Counted from the stretch's first letter, positions 30,548 through 40,306 are shown. The stretch: DNA of 64,000 nt from an uncultured virus (IMG/VR IMGVR_UViG_3300032011_003340) (IMGVR_UViG_3300032011_003340); one strand, 5' to 3'. Notes: generated by a model not told the origin, from the sequence alone. Made by a program: numbers and translations.

Positions 30548-33500
30548 TGAGGGAATTGATTTGCAGTATTTGTATTTGTATTTGTATTTGTATTTGTATT
30601 TGCAGGTGCATTGTCAACTGTAGAAATTTCACCTCCTATTGTCTTATTAACCATTTTTTCTAATTCTATAATTGCATCTGCATTAGAAAGTTTACTTAAA
30701 GGATTATTTTCTGGAAAGTAACTACTAGCTGTAGATTTATTTGCCTTTAAAACAGCTATATGTTTTTGTAATATTTCAATTCTATTCATAGCTTTTTCAT
30801 TTGTACTTCTAATATGTGTAAAAATTGCATCCATGCTAGGAAATGTAATAATATTATAGTTACTAATATCAGATAAAGGATAATTAATTTTACCAGGATA
30901 ATCATCAGCAGTTGTTTCACTTTGCTTTTTTTGCATTATAAAATATTGACCTTTTCTAATTGTATTACCATTAATATCAACACCTTTATTATCAGTAGCT
31001 AAATGAAATCTTATTGGTTTTTTATTATTAAAATTAGGTAAGTCAGCATGAAATCCATTATTACTCTCCAAACTATTTTTAAATAGTTGAGTATATTTTA
31101 TTCTTGCACCTTCAATGCCAAATTTTTGCATAGCTTCTGACATAGATATAGCTACTGTATTATGTTCCCATCTCAGCCCAGTTGCTTCATCCATATAATC
31201 TGCAACAAAAATTGGACCTTCATTAGTATAATCTAATCTAATTCCTCTTAGGGCTTTCTTCATCCAATTTTTCTTAAATTCACCTTCATCTATTTTTCCG
31301 TTATTTTTTTCATATTTTTCCCAAGCCTCTTGACGTTTGTTTTCGATGTATTGTTTATATGCATTACCTTCTTTAACTAATTCACCATCTCCTTCTTTAT
31401 CACTATATACTACTTTTCTTATTTCTGTATTCATATCAGTTAATTCCATATGAATTTTATTTTTTAAATTTTCCCAATATTTTTCATCGTTTGTACCCAT
31501 ATCTTCTGATGTTGTAAATAATAAACTTGTTCTGTCCATTTTACTTTGTAAGTCATCAACGTCTTTTAAATAATTTAATACATTCGCCTTACCTTTATAT
31601 ACTTTTTTTAAAGCGCTTTCTTTTGATTTCTCTATATCACCAAGTAACTTTGAATCAAATATTAATTTACCTTCTTCAGTATTAAATAAAATTTTTGCAG
31701 GTGCTGTAATATGACCTATTTTAATAGGACCCATGTCAGGTCCGTGTTGTACTCCCAATAAATGATCCATTGTATAAATAACTCCTTTACCATACTTTTT
31801 ATTTAATCTATTAGTTTGTGAATCCATATCTCGCAATCCAGCAGTTTCAAATTCTTTTTCAAGCAAAGAAGTATATAATCGCATATATCTAGCTTTATTC
31901 GATTTATTACCAGAAAGGCCAGACTGTAAATAATTTTCTAATCCCTCATCTTCTATTTCTTCTTTATTTTCTTCGTACCATTTAGTAAGTTTAATATCTT
32001 CTAATGTATATTTATTTGTTAATATTTTATCTCTAAATTTATCATGTGCAGCTTCGGCTTGTTTTATATGATTTAAGGCATAATTTATATCTGTTATATC
32101 TCCATTTTTTGATATCCAACTTCTTTCTACATTCCCGTAGGCGCTTTTCCAATGTTTTGCACCATAACTTGCTTCATTAATTCTATTTTTATAATATTGT
32201 ATAGTTGCATTAGCATCATTAAAATCAATACCTGCATCCTGTTCTGCCGCAGTATTAATATTTTTACTTATAGTTTGTAATCCTGTACCAGCCCTTGATA
32301 ATTCTTTATTTAAACCTAAATGAACACCTGCAGCTATTTCAGCATCAGTAAAATCATTTTTTCTTGCTAAAATTGTAAGACGATCACTTAAATTTCTTTG
32401 ATCATAATAATTAATAGTATACTTAGATTTAAGTTTATCTATTGCAGGTTTTTTATCCTTTAAAAATTGCTTTGCTTTATCTATTTTATTATTAACATTT
32501 TGAATTTTAGCTTTTAATAATGTAACTTCACCTAAATAATTTTTATCGTATACTACATTTCCATTTTCATCTAGTATAGGATTTCCTGCTCCGTCTATTT
32601 GACTAACATCAATAAAATCTTTTAATTGATTTTCATAATAATTTTTCATTTTATTAAGAAACGGACTTGTAATAATTTCTAAATTATTTTCATTTTCATT
32701 AGTAGAAAATGTTGAAATAGCTCCAGATTTCCATAATTTTTTATCATAATCTGTTCTTAAAGCATTAAATAGATTTTTATCCATTTCACTTGATTCTTTT
32801 TCAAATTTAGAATTAGCATCAAGCATACTTATTACATCATTTCTTTGAAATAAATTATCTCCTACTTCTTTAGCTATTTTAGTAATGCCAGCTTGATCTG
32901 CTGTTATTTGGTTATTTTCATAAAGATCTTTATAATTATCAGATGATACATTATTTAATTTTTTATTTAAAAGTCTAATTTTTAATTTTTTTATTTTTTC
33001 ACCAGAACTATTAGCATTTATTGCTGTTTGTAATTGTATTTCAAGGTCATCAATTTCACTTTCAACTTTATAATTTGTATTAATACTTAATACTGAGGAT
33101 TTATTTTTTGTTGAAACTTGTTGTTCTAATTTCATTAAATAACCATTACCTGCTAATTGACTTGTTTCTCCAGCCCCTTCATTACTCGCATCATTAGGAT
33201 TAGATACCATTAATGAAGCACCTATTAACATATTATTATTAGCCATGTTATTAATATCTTCTTCTCCATTAACAGCTTGTGCTATTTGTGAAGCAGTAGG
33301 TTTGGAATTTAAGCTATTATAATAACGTACAACATTTTCATTCGATAATGTTACACCATCATATGTAACTGTCACGGGAACAGCACTATTTCTTCCTGGT
33401 TCCCATTCTTCTTCACTTGATGAACTACCATTGTTACCACTTACTGTTTTAGGAGTCGGTACTGTTTGAAGTTTAAAATCTTCTTTTTCTGTATCTTTTA

Positions 33501-34338
33501 TAATATACTCACTTTCACCATATGTTCTAATTAAAGATTGAACTTTTTTTCTTGCAAATTTTTTAGCTTCTTCATCAGATTTTCCTAAATCTTTTTGATC
33601 ATTATAATGAATACGATAATATTGCCTTCCTGCTGGATCTGTTATAAATGTATCTAATGAATTTTCTATAATAGAATTTACTTGATCTACATTACTTTCA
33701 TTCTCCGTTATCCATGTACGATAACGTAATAACCATTTATCATGTGTGTGATTTTCAGCTTTATTATCATAACCGGCTTCAATCTGTATTTCATTACCTA
33801 TAGCATCAAATAATTTTTTAGCTGCTTGACTATGATCTAATCGTTTTTCAACTTCAAATGTATCAGTTAAATGATTTATATTTCCTTCTTCATCAAATAA
33901 TGATACTTCATTTGGATTTTTACCGAATATTACAGGATCACCGCCTTCTGCTTTTATTTTACGAACAGCATCATTATAAATATCAGTTTGTATCTTAGCA
34001 TTAGTTAATGCTCTCCATTCTGTTTTACCCATATAATCACCAGCTAATCGTTGTAAATCACCCTTACTTATCATGGAATAATCAGCATCTGCTTTATCTA
34101 ACATTGCATCTACATCTGATGTAAAACCTTGTTCTAACTTTTGAGCTAATGCCATATCCACACTATTATCTCTTGTTTCTTTCAATAACATCTGATTCCT
34201 TGCATCAGCAATAGCATTTCTTGTTTCTTCAGCTCTTCCTTCTCTTGCCATTATTCCAGATGCTAGTTTCTCAATATCTTCATTATAAGGAGTTATACTC
34301 CCCATATCAGCTGTTTTCATACCTTTAATTATTGCCAT
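30523..34338 (-). CDS. Large putative virion cargo (ejected) protein
   Basis: 1271 aa, helical and hydrophilic; first gene after a host-type promoter and directly upstream of the virion RNAP gene, the usual position of crAss-like cargo genes. Confidence 0.65.
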   Translation of the reverse strand: MAIIKGMKTADMGSITPYNEDIEKLASGIMAREGRAEETRNAIADARNQMLLKETRDNSVDMALAQKLEQGFTSDVDAMLDKADADYSMISKGDLQRLAGDYMGKTEWRALTNAKIQTDIYNDAVRKIKAEGGDPVIFGKNPNEVSLFDEEGNINHLTDTFEVEKRLDHSQAAKKLFDAIGNEIQIEAGYDNKAENHTHDKWLLRYRTWITENESNVDQVNSIIENSLDTFITDPAGRQYYRIHYNDQKDLGKSDEEAKKFARKKVQSLIRTYGESEYIIKDTEKEDFKLQTVPTPKTVSGNNGSSSSEEEWEPGRNSAVPVTVTYDGVTLSNENVVRYYNSLNSKPTASQIAQAVNGEEDINNMANNNMLIGASLMVSNPNDASNEGAGETSQLAGNGYLMKLEQQVSTKNKSSVLSINTNYKVESEIDDLEIQLQTAINANSSGEKIKKLKIRLLNKKLNNVSSDNYKDLYENNQITADQAGITKIAKEVGDNLFQRNDVISMLDANSKFEKESSEMDKNLFNALRTDYDKKLWKSGAISTFSTNENENNLEIITSPFLNKMKNYYENQLKDFIDVSQIDGAGNPILDENGNVVYDKNYLGEVTLLKAKIQNVNNKIDKAKQFLKDKKPAIDKLKSKYTINYYDQRNLSDRLTILARKNDFTDAEIAAGVHLGLNKELSRAGTGLQTISKNINTAAEQDAGIDFNDANATIQYYKNRINEASYGAKHWKSAYGNVERSWISKNGDITDINYALNHIKQAEAAHDKFRDKILTNKYTLEDIKLTKWYEENKEEIEDEGLENYLQSGLSGNKSNKARYMRLYTSLLEKEFETAGLRDMDSQTNRLNKKYGKGVIYTMDHLLGVQHGPDMGPIKIGHITAPAKILFNTEEGKLIFDSKLLGDIEKSKESALKKVYKGKANVLNYLKDVDDLQSKMDRTSLLFTTSEDMGTNDEKYWENLKNKIHMELTDMNTEIRKVVYSDKEGDGELVKEGNAYKQYIENKRQEAWEKYEKNNGKIDEGEFKKNWMKKALRGIRLDYTNEGPIFVADYMDEATGLRWEHNTVAISMSEAMQKFGIEGARIKYTQLFKNSLESNNGFHADLPNFNNKKPIRFHLATDNKGVDINGNTIRKGQYFIMQKKQSETTADDYPGKINYPLSDISNYNIITFPSMDAIFTHIRSTNEKAMNRIEILQKHIAVLKANKSTASSYFPENNPLSKLSNADAIIELEKMVNKTIGGEISTVDNAPANTNTNTNTNTNTANQFPQNFQLPGS
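30566..30601. repeat. (GTATTT)x6 tandem repeat encoding an (Asn-Thr)6 linker
   Basis: Six exact hexamer copies immediately before the slippery site. Confidence 0.9.
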
Positions 34339-34363
34339 CTTGTATTATTTATATATTAAAAAA

Positions 34364-34432
34364 GTAAAGTGTTATCATTGTATTTTATTAATTTTTAATG
34401 CTTAAATTAACTCAACAAATATAACACTTTAC
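34364..34432. repeat. Perfect 12-bp inverted repeat with a 45-bp spacer
   Basis: GTAAAGTGTTAT (34364-34375) and ATAACACTTTAC (34421-34432); followed by T6 on the minus strand. Confidence 0.8.
34416..34423 (-). promoter_or_regulatory. Bacteroidota -7 promoter element for the virion-cargo/RNAP operon
   Basis: TATATTTG (TAnnTTTG) about 78 nt upstream of the ATG at 34338. Confidence 0.65.
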
Positions 34433-34465
34433 CATATTAGTGTCGAAACAACAACGTTTTACATA

Positions 34466-35044
34466 TTATTTGATTTTAATAATAGGTGTATTTCGACGTT
34501 CATACTCATTTAATAGGTTTTTAGCAATGATAATCATTGATGTTATATGTCTATCACCTTTAAACTTATTAACTTGATCACATACAATTTGTACATTATC
34601 TATGGTATATCCTCCACTTGGTTCTATTTGATCTAAGCTAGGACTATGAGGATGTATTTTTATTGGTATTATTGATTTAGCAGAATAAGGTTTTATATAA
34701 AATGGAGTACCTGATACTTCACATCTACCATTATTTAATTTTTCTTCAACCCAATCAATAGTTAAATTAAAATCAATTCCTTTCTTTTTCGCTCTTGCTT
34801 TCGCACCATTAACCAATGTTCTTGCTCTATATCTAACAGGATTAGCTAAAGCCCATATTTCTAGCTTTTTACGCCTGAATTCTCGCATTTGATCTCTTTC
34901 TATTAACTTATTAATATACTTCTTTAAATTAGCATTAGAACGCTTTCTAAGATTATTTAATTTAATAATGTCTTGTATTTCGTTAATAGTTGCTGATTTA
35001 TATGAACTATGTATTATTTCTTTAGTTCTTTTACAATATCTCAT
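34466..35044 (-). CDS. HNH-like (His-Me finger) endonuclease
   Basis: AK.RAKKKGIDFNLT...CEVSG...PSLDQI.PSGGYTIDNVQIVC..VNKFKG. Confidence 0.75.
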   Translation of the reverse strand: MRYCKRTKEIIHSSYKSATINEIQDIIKLNNLRKRSNANLKKYINKLIERDQMREFRRKKLEIWALANPVRYRARTLVNGAKARAKKKGIDFNLTIDWVEEKLNNGRCEVSGTPFYIKPYSAKSIIPIKIHPHSPSLDQIEPSGGYTIDNVQIVCDQVNKFKGDRHITSMIIIAKNLLNEYERRNTPIIKIK

Positions 35045-35076
35045 AATAATTATTTACTGAGATAATATTAGTTATT

Positions 35077-35556
35077 TTATTTCCCTGTACTTCCAAAACC
35101 ACCAGTTCTATTAGAAATTATTTCTTCAAATTCTTCCACTTCTATAAAATCAGTATCTTCAACTTTAGATAAATATATTTGACCTATTCTATCACCAATT
35201 CCATAAGGAAATACATCATATGTTAATATTGGTTGTTCATCAAGATTAAGGTTTGCTTCCATCCAGGTAGGTATAGCTGTAAATCTAATTTGATATTCAT
35301 CCAAATAATCAGCATCTCCTAAACCAGGGCTATTATTCATTACCCAATTATATTTAGTAAAACTTGATCTAGGAACTATATTTAATTTATATCCTTCTGG
35401 TATTTTTAATGCAAATCCTAGTTTACAATATATTTTATTAGGTCCTTTATAAATTAATTCTGTTACAGTTACATCCCATCCTCCGGCTAATTGTGTTGCT
35501 TTCTTTGGTATTTGAGCTAGAGGATGTAATCTTTTAAATTTTATTTTTACTTCCAT
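35077..35556 (-). CDS. dut: Trimeric dUTPase
   Basis: AGGWDV, VPRSS, NSPGLGDADY, GDRIGQ, RTGGFGSTG. Confidence 0.93.
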   Translation of the reverse strand: MEVKIKFKRLHPLAQIPKKATQLAGGWDVTVTELIYKGPNKIYCKLGFALKIPEGYKLNIVPRSSFTKYNWVMNNSPGLGDADYLDEYQIRFTAIPTWMEANLNLDEQPILTYDVFPYGIGDRIGQIYLSKVEDTDFIEVEEFEEIISNRTGGFGSTGK

Positions 35557-36194
35557 GTATATTTATTTTTAACTTTTTCATAGAATTCTGACATAAATTC
35601 CGTTATATATTCGTCTGGTACATTTAATCTATTTATTAAATTTCTACTTGCGTCATAAAAATTCCATTCTGTATTATATGTGTGCCATCTACCTAAATTT
35701 ATATTATTAGATTTAAGTAACTCTCTAACATTTTCATTACCTTTGTTTAATAATAACCAAGGAATCCAATTAGATTCTAACATGTGTTTACCTATTAATG
35801 TAACAGCTAAATCTATATTAACAGAATCTGAAGATTTAAGAAGGGTCAATATTTTATTAGAATTTTGACCCATATCTTTTGCATGTAAATTTTTAATCAT
35901 TAGTAATACATCACAAGGATGATGACAATTCTCCCAACCTATATTCATGTATAAATTGTGAAGTTTTTTGTCTTTATGATGAAATACAACACTGTATTTA
36001 AATGTCCGTTCTCTTTTTGTTGTAATTATCTTAGTTATTTTATATGAGAATGTTGTTGTCCAATTAATTTTTAACTTAGTAAGTTTATTTTTTAATTGTT
36101 TTTTAGTACAATTTGCAGGAAAACTTCCTTCTAAATATACTAATTGATCTAAATTAAACCATTCAGGAGATAATTTTTGTTTATATTTATTCAT
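35547..36194 (-). CDS. Hypothetical protein with a BRCT-like N-terminus; paralog of 36187..36972
   Basis: VYLEGSF..CTKKQLKNKL..L.I.WTTTFSYKITKII (BRCT-like); LLKSSDSVNIDLAVTLI..WIPWL.LN. Confidence 0.55.
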   Translation of the reverse strand: MNKYKQKLSPEWFNLDQLVYLEGSFPANCTKKQLKNKLTKLKINWTTTFSYKITKIITTKRERTFKYSVVFHHKDKKLHNLYMNIGWENCHHPCDVLLMIKNLHAKDMGQNSNKILTLLKSSDSVNIDLAVTLIGKHMLESNWIPWLLLNKGNENVRELLKSNNINLGRWHTYNTEWNFYDASRNLINRLNVPDEYITEFMSEFYEKVKNKYTWK

Positions 36195-36972
36195 TTTGAT
36201 ATAAAGCTTTAATAAAATCTATTTCATACCCTTTAGGAACATCTAACAGTGCAATATGATAATGTATATCATCTTTAATATACCGTCTTTTATTGTAAGT
36301 TCCTGGGTAAGATAAACCTAATTTTCTTAATAATAATCTTACTTCTTTAATATGTTGATTTAATTTTAACCATGGAACCCACCTTTCATCCATTTTGTAT
36401 TGTTCTATTAATGTAACAGCGAGTTTAATATTAACACTATCTTTTGATGTCAATAAAGAAATAACTGAATCTTCAGTATCTTCTATTTTACTTCTATTTT
36501 TATTTTCCAAACACCTTTTAAATTCATTATATGAATATATTCTTTTATCCTTAAAACAATTAAATGATTTATCTATAATAAATTTATTAATTTTTTGACC
36601 TGTATCATTAATATAACCAATAAATTCTCGTCTATTAAATTTTTTACCATACCAACGATTATAAGAATTATATCCTGTTATAGTATCTATTAATATACAA
36701 CTTGAAGTAACAGAATCAAATTTATCTTGAATATATTTTGGTACTGTCTTCCAGTCAGGATTTATTGTATATTTTACTGATGATACCCTAAATTTATTAC
36801 ATTGATATCTTGTACATACAACATGAGTAACATTTTTGTCTGGAATTGAAGTCCATGTAATTGATTTCTCAGTTAACATTTTTTGTAATGTTTTATGACC
36901 TTTTGTTTTATTATCAATAAACACTATTGATTTATCATCAAATATTAATGTTTCGTTTATATTATTTTTCAT
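36187..36972 (-). CDS. Hypothetical protein with a BRCT-like N-terminus; paralog of 35547..36194
   Basis: SIVFI...HKTLQKML....WTSIPDKNVTHVVC; LLTSKDSVNIKLAVTLI..WVPWL.LN. Confidence 0.55.
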   Translation of the reverse strand: MKNNINETLIFDDKSIVFIDNKTKGHKTLQKMLTEKSITWTSIPDKNVTHVVCTRYQCNKFRVSSVKYTINPDWKTVPKYIQDKFDSVTSSCILIDTITGYNSYNRWYGKKFNRREFIGYINDTGQKINKFIIDKSFNCFKDKRIYSYNEFKRCLENKNRSKIEDTEDSVISLLTSKDSVNIKLAVTLIEQYKMDERWVPWLKLNQHIKEVRLLLRKLGLSYPGTYNKRRYIKDDIHYHIALLDVPKGYEIDFIKALYQNE

Positions 36973-37684
36973 TATTTTTTTCTTTAAAAGATTTTAATGT
37001 ATATTTAAAAGGATTGTTATCTATATTTTCAACCAGTTTTAACATTTCAGCTGCTACTTCTCTGATTTCTAATTGTGCATGTTCACTATTTCTAAGTTTT
37101 AGAAAATTAGCAAAACTTCTCATATTAAATGACACATCTGCTTGTATTTGAGAATTATATGTTTTAAAAAATCTAGCACTTTCTTTAGCTCTTTTTCTAC
37201 CTAAAATAGGAGTTAAATCATTAATACAAGAATGATAAAGAGTATTACCTAATTCAGTATATTCTTTTAATATATCAGGCCATGATTTATTTTTTTTAAA
37301 TAATATAAAATGTCCTTTTTCTCCTTGATTTAAAGCATCTTGATCTTTAAAATACATAGCTTGATTAGATAAATTATTATTCCAATCATTTGGTATATAA
37401 AATTTATCTTCTTTTAATTCTTTATATCTTGCTGATTCTGCATTTAAAGAACTAATTCTATGTTTAAGTAAATGTATATGTGATGCTATATCTGTATCAA
37501 CTAAAAAATGAACTATACCTTTTTCAAAAGGAGTTTCATGTCCATTGCTCCATAACATATTAATTAGCTTAGGAATACGTTTTCTCTTTTCATCTGTTAA
37601 TTTTCTATTGGTTGAAGTCCATGCTGAACATGCTATCATTTCATCGGAACCATAATAACCAATTAATTCTACACTATTATTCAT
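36962..37684 (-). CDS. thyX: Flavin-dependent thymidylate synthase
   Basis: GHETPFE, KHRISSLNAESARY (RHRx7SxR variant), ESARF, NMRSF.NFLKLR...AQLEIR. Confidence 0.92.
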   Translation of the reverse strand: MNNSVELIGYYGSDEMIACSAWTSTNRKLTDEKRKRIPKLINMLWSNGHETPFEKGIVHFLVDTDIASHIHLLKHRISSLNAESARYKELKEDKFYIPNDWNNNLSNQAMYFKDQDALNQGEKGHFILFKKNKSWPDILKEYTELGNTLYHSCINDLTPILGRKRAKESARFFKTYNSQIQADVSFNMRSFANFLKLRNSEHAQLEIREVAAEMLKLVENIDNNPFKYTLKSFKEKNNEK

Positions 37685-38222
37685 AATATTTATTTCTATT
37701 TTCTATACTTTTATTAAGTAAATCATTATCTAAAACCATCATAAGATTAGAAATGGCATGTGCTAAATGAAGTAAGTTACTTTCATCATCAATATCATTA
37801 TTACATAAATATTTATTTATATGTCTTAATGATGCATCAACATATGTTGTGTTTTTTGCTCCTTGTGAGAAATTATATTCATCATATTTATCGGCACCAT
37901 AAGTAAATACTTTTGCTACTTCAATTAATGATAATTGTGGAAGTAAAGATAATCGGGGTTTAACCCGACCATCTTTAACAAATTCTTTTTTTGCTGGTTC
38001 ATCTTTAGTAGCTAATGCAAAATTTAAAAACTTATCATCACTTTCAGATTTACCAATACTTATTATTTTACTAGTATGTATAGGAATTCTATTACCATTA
38101 TTATTAATAATAATATTTTCGTATACTTCTTCAAAACCTATTATAATTCCACTTCCTTCTTTAGTGTTGATATATTCACCTAATACAAGTTTAAATTCAT
38201 CATTATCAATTTTTACATTCAT
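37677..38222 (-). CDS. DUF5664 family (dATP/dGTP diphosphohydrolase-like) protein
   Basis: KD..KPRLSLLP..L.EVAKVFTYGADKY...N...G....SLRHI...D.ESNLLHLAHA..NLM. Confidence 0.8.
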   Translation of the reverse strand: MNVKIDNDEFKLVLGEYINTKEGSGIIIGFEEVYENIIINNNGNRIPIHTSKIISIGKSESDDKFLNFALATKDEPAKKEFVKDGRVKPRLSLLPQLSLIEVAKVFTYGADKYDEYNFSQGAKNTTYVDASLRHINKYLCNNDIDDESNLLHLAHAISNLMMVLDNDLLNKSIENRNKYYE

Positions 38223-38907
38223 TTTTATTCATTTTATTTTTAAATTTAATTGTTTCATCATCAATAGAATATTTACTATCAAATTCACTTTCCGATAATA
38301 TTTTAATAGTTTCAGTATCAGTTAATTTTAATTCATCTATTAATTGTTCTAGGTACTCATCACTTCTTAATAATACATGAAATGATTTATCAAATATTGT
38401 TGTTGAATTAGCATAACTATAATGAGAGTATATGTTTTGTATCGTTTTATTATTACTAATTGAACGATATTCTTGTTCTTGATACATTTCACTATATTTT
38501 GATTCAATCATTTTACGTACTCTACTTTTAATAAATACTTTGTATCTTATAATTGCTTTATTGGATGTTTTATTTTCATATTGATAACAATCAATAAATC
38601 CATCATAATCTTTAATTATATTTAATTGTGCTTTAAATCTTGGATTACGTGTATCGCAACATACTAAATATAAATAAAATGGATTGTCAGATAATAATTC
38701 TTCTCTTATTGAATAGTCTTTAGAATTTTTATCATCAATGTATATATTTATTGGTTCAAATGTTTCACTTAATGTTGGTTCTAGTTTTTGAAATGCTTCT
38801 TGTAAAGCTAAAGGAAAATACATTCCTTGCTCTATGTAAAACATATATTTAGCAAACTTAGTTAGATTAGGGTTTGAAATGTCTGTATTTATTGTCATTA
38901 ATTTCAA
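38206..38907 (-). CDS. Hypothetical protein
   Basis: 233-aa ORF overlapping both neighbours. Confidence 0.7.
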   Translation of the reverse strand: MKLMTINTDISNPNLTKFAKYMFYIEQGMYFPLALQEAFQKLEPTLSETFEPINIYIDDKNSKDYSIREELLSDNPFYLYLVCCDTRNPRFKAQLNIIKDYDGFIDCYQYENKTSNKAIIRYKVFIKSRVRKMIESKYSEMYQEQEYRSISNNKTIQNIYSHYSYANSTTIFDKSFHVLLRSDEYLEQLIDELKLTDTETIKILSESEFDSKYSIDDETIKFKNKMNKNECKN

Positions 38908-39668
38908 ATTTTTATTTTTGAAAATTTTGTTGGTTTCGGTGTTACTAAGCTCTCGTTATGTGTAATGATCCAACTCAATCTGAATCCTTCTTCAAGCTTT
39001 TTAATACCTTCTTTTAAACCATACCTATCAATAAATAGTTGAGTACAGACTTGTTTCATTTCTTGTTCAGTATTACATTTTAATAATATATTAAATGCTG
39101 ATTTTTCACCTATACCTTCCACACCTTTATAGTTTTCTTTTGGTGAACCTTTCAACAGTTGAAAATAAATTTGATAATACCCAATTGCATGTATTTTACC
39201 TTTAACTAATTCAATTTTACCTGGATACTGTATAACAGTAGTTTTATTAGTTTTTATATTATAATATATTCCCGGTATTGCTAAATAATCTCTATCATTT
39301 GCTATCATAACAGAATTTGATATCCTACTTGCTAATATAGCAATAGCATCATCATTTTCAACATTTAAATATGTTATTGGATTATATGTGTTTTTTATCT
39401 CACGAAAACAATCTTTTAAATACGGTAAATAATTTGCTATTGCTTTTTTCTTTTTCTTAGTTCTACGTTGACCTTTATATACTGAACTAGTTGATACTTT
39501 ATTTCTAAAATTAGTTTTACTATCTTCTAAAATAATATTAAAATCATCTGTATGAAATCTTTCAGTCAATGTTTTTATATGATTGTAAATAGTTTCTTTA
39601 TAATTCTTTTTGTTACCATGTATAAAAGCCAATGAACTACCGTCTATCCACAATCTTGTAGTTAACAT
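38904..39668 (-). CDS. 5'-3' exonuclease / flap endonuclease (T7 gp6, T4 RNase H type)
   Basis: WIDG, FR, YKGQR, ENDDAI, DRDY..IPG and H3TH-like KGVEGIGEKSA. Confidence 0.8.
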   Translation of the reverse strand: MLTTRLWIDGSSLAFIHGNKKNYKETIYNHIKTLTERFHTDDFNIILEDSKTNFRNKVSTSSVYKGQRRTKKKKKAIANYLPYLKDCFREIKNTYNPITYLNVENDDAIAILASRISNSVMIANDRDYLAIPGIYYNIKTNKTTVIQYPGKIELVKGKIHAIGYYQIYFQLLKGSPKENYKGVEGIGEKSAFNILLKCNTEQEMKQVCTQLFIDRYGLKEGIKKLEEGFRLSWIITHNESLVTPKPTKFSKIKI

Positions 39669-40306
39669 AAATATTCATTTAATTTAGTTACTTTATATTT
39701 AAGTTTAGAATCACCTTTTTTCCATTTATTCTTACGATCATTTACATATACCTCAGTATTAATCATAATCTGAGGAGTAAATGTTTTTTTAAATAGTGTT
39801 TCTTTATTAATATATTTTTTACCTAAAGCATAAGGTATTACTTTTTGTATATAAATATTAAATTTTTCAGCCATAGCTGATTGTCTATCTGGAAATATCA
39901 TATCACTTTTTCTATTTCCATTAAAACCACCTTTAACGTCTACATAAATAATACCTCTATTATTATTACAATAATAATAGGGGCGGTTTTCATAACCACC
40001 CTTACTATCATGATAAAATATTTTATATGCTTTAGAATTAAACTTAAATATAAAATCTGGCGTATATTCTCTTTTCTTTGTTAAAATAAATAATTTATAT
40101 TTATCTTTAGTTTTGAGTTTAGCCATCCTAGTTGACAATGTTTCATTAATTACACAATAGGTTTTTTTATTTGGATAAATCCAATCAATATAACCTGTAT
40201 TATATAATTCTAATAACCAAGTATAAAAATATTCTTCCTCTTTAGAATCAAATGTATAATTAATTTTATTATTTTGTTTATTCATAATCTCGTATTGCAA
40301 TTCCAA
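39662..40306 (-). CDS. PD-(D/E)XK nuclease (T7 endonuclease I / DUF1064-like)
   Basis: FDSKEE..FY.WL...YTPDF...YVDVKG. Confidence 0.75.
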   Translation of the reverse strand: MELQYEIMNKQNNKINYTFDSKEEEYFYTWLLELYNTGYIDWIYPNKKTYCVINETLSTRMAKLKTKDKYKLFILTKKREYTPDFIFKFNSKAYKIFYHDSKGGYENRPYYYCNNNRGIIYVDVKGGFNGNRKSDMIFPDRQSAMAEKFNIYIQKVIPYALGKKYINKETLFKKTFTPQIMINTEVYVNDRKNKWKKGDSKLKYKVTKLNEYLC

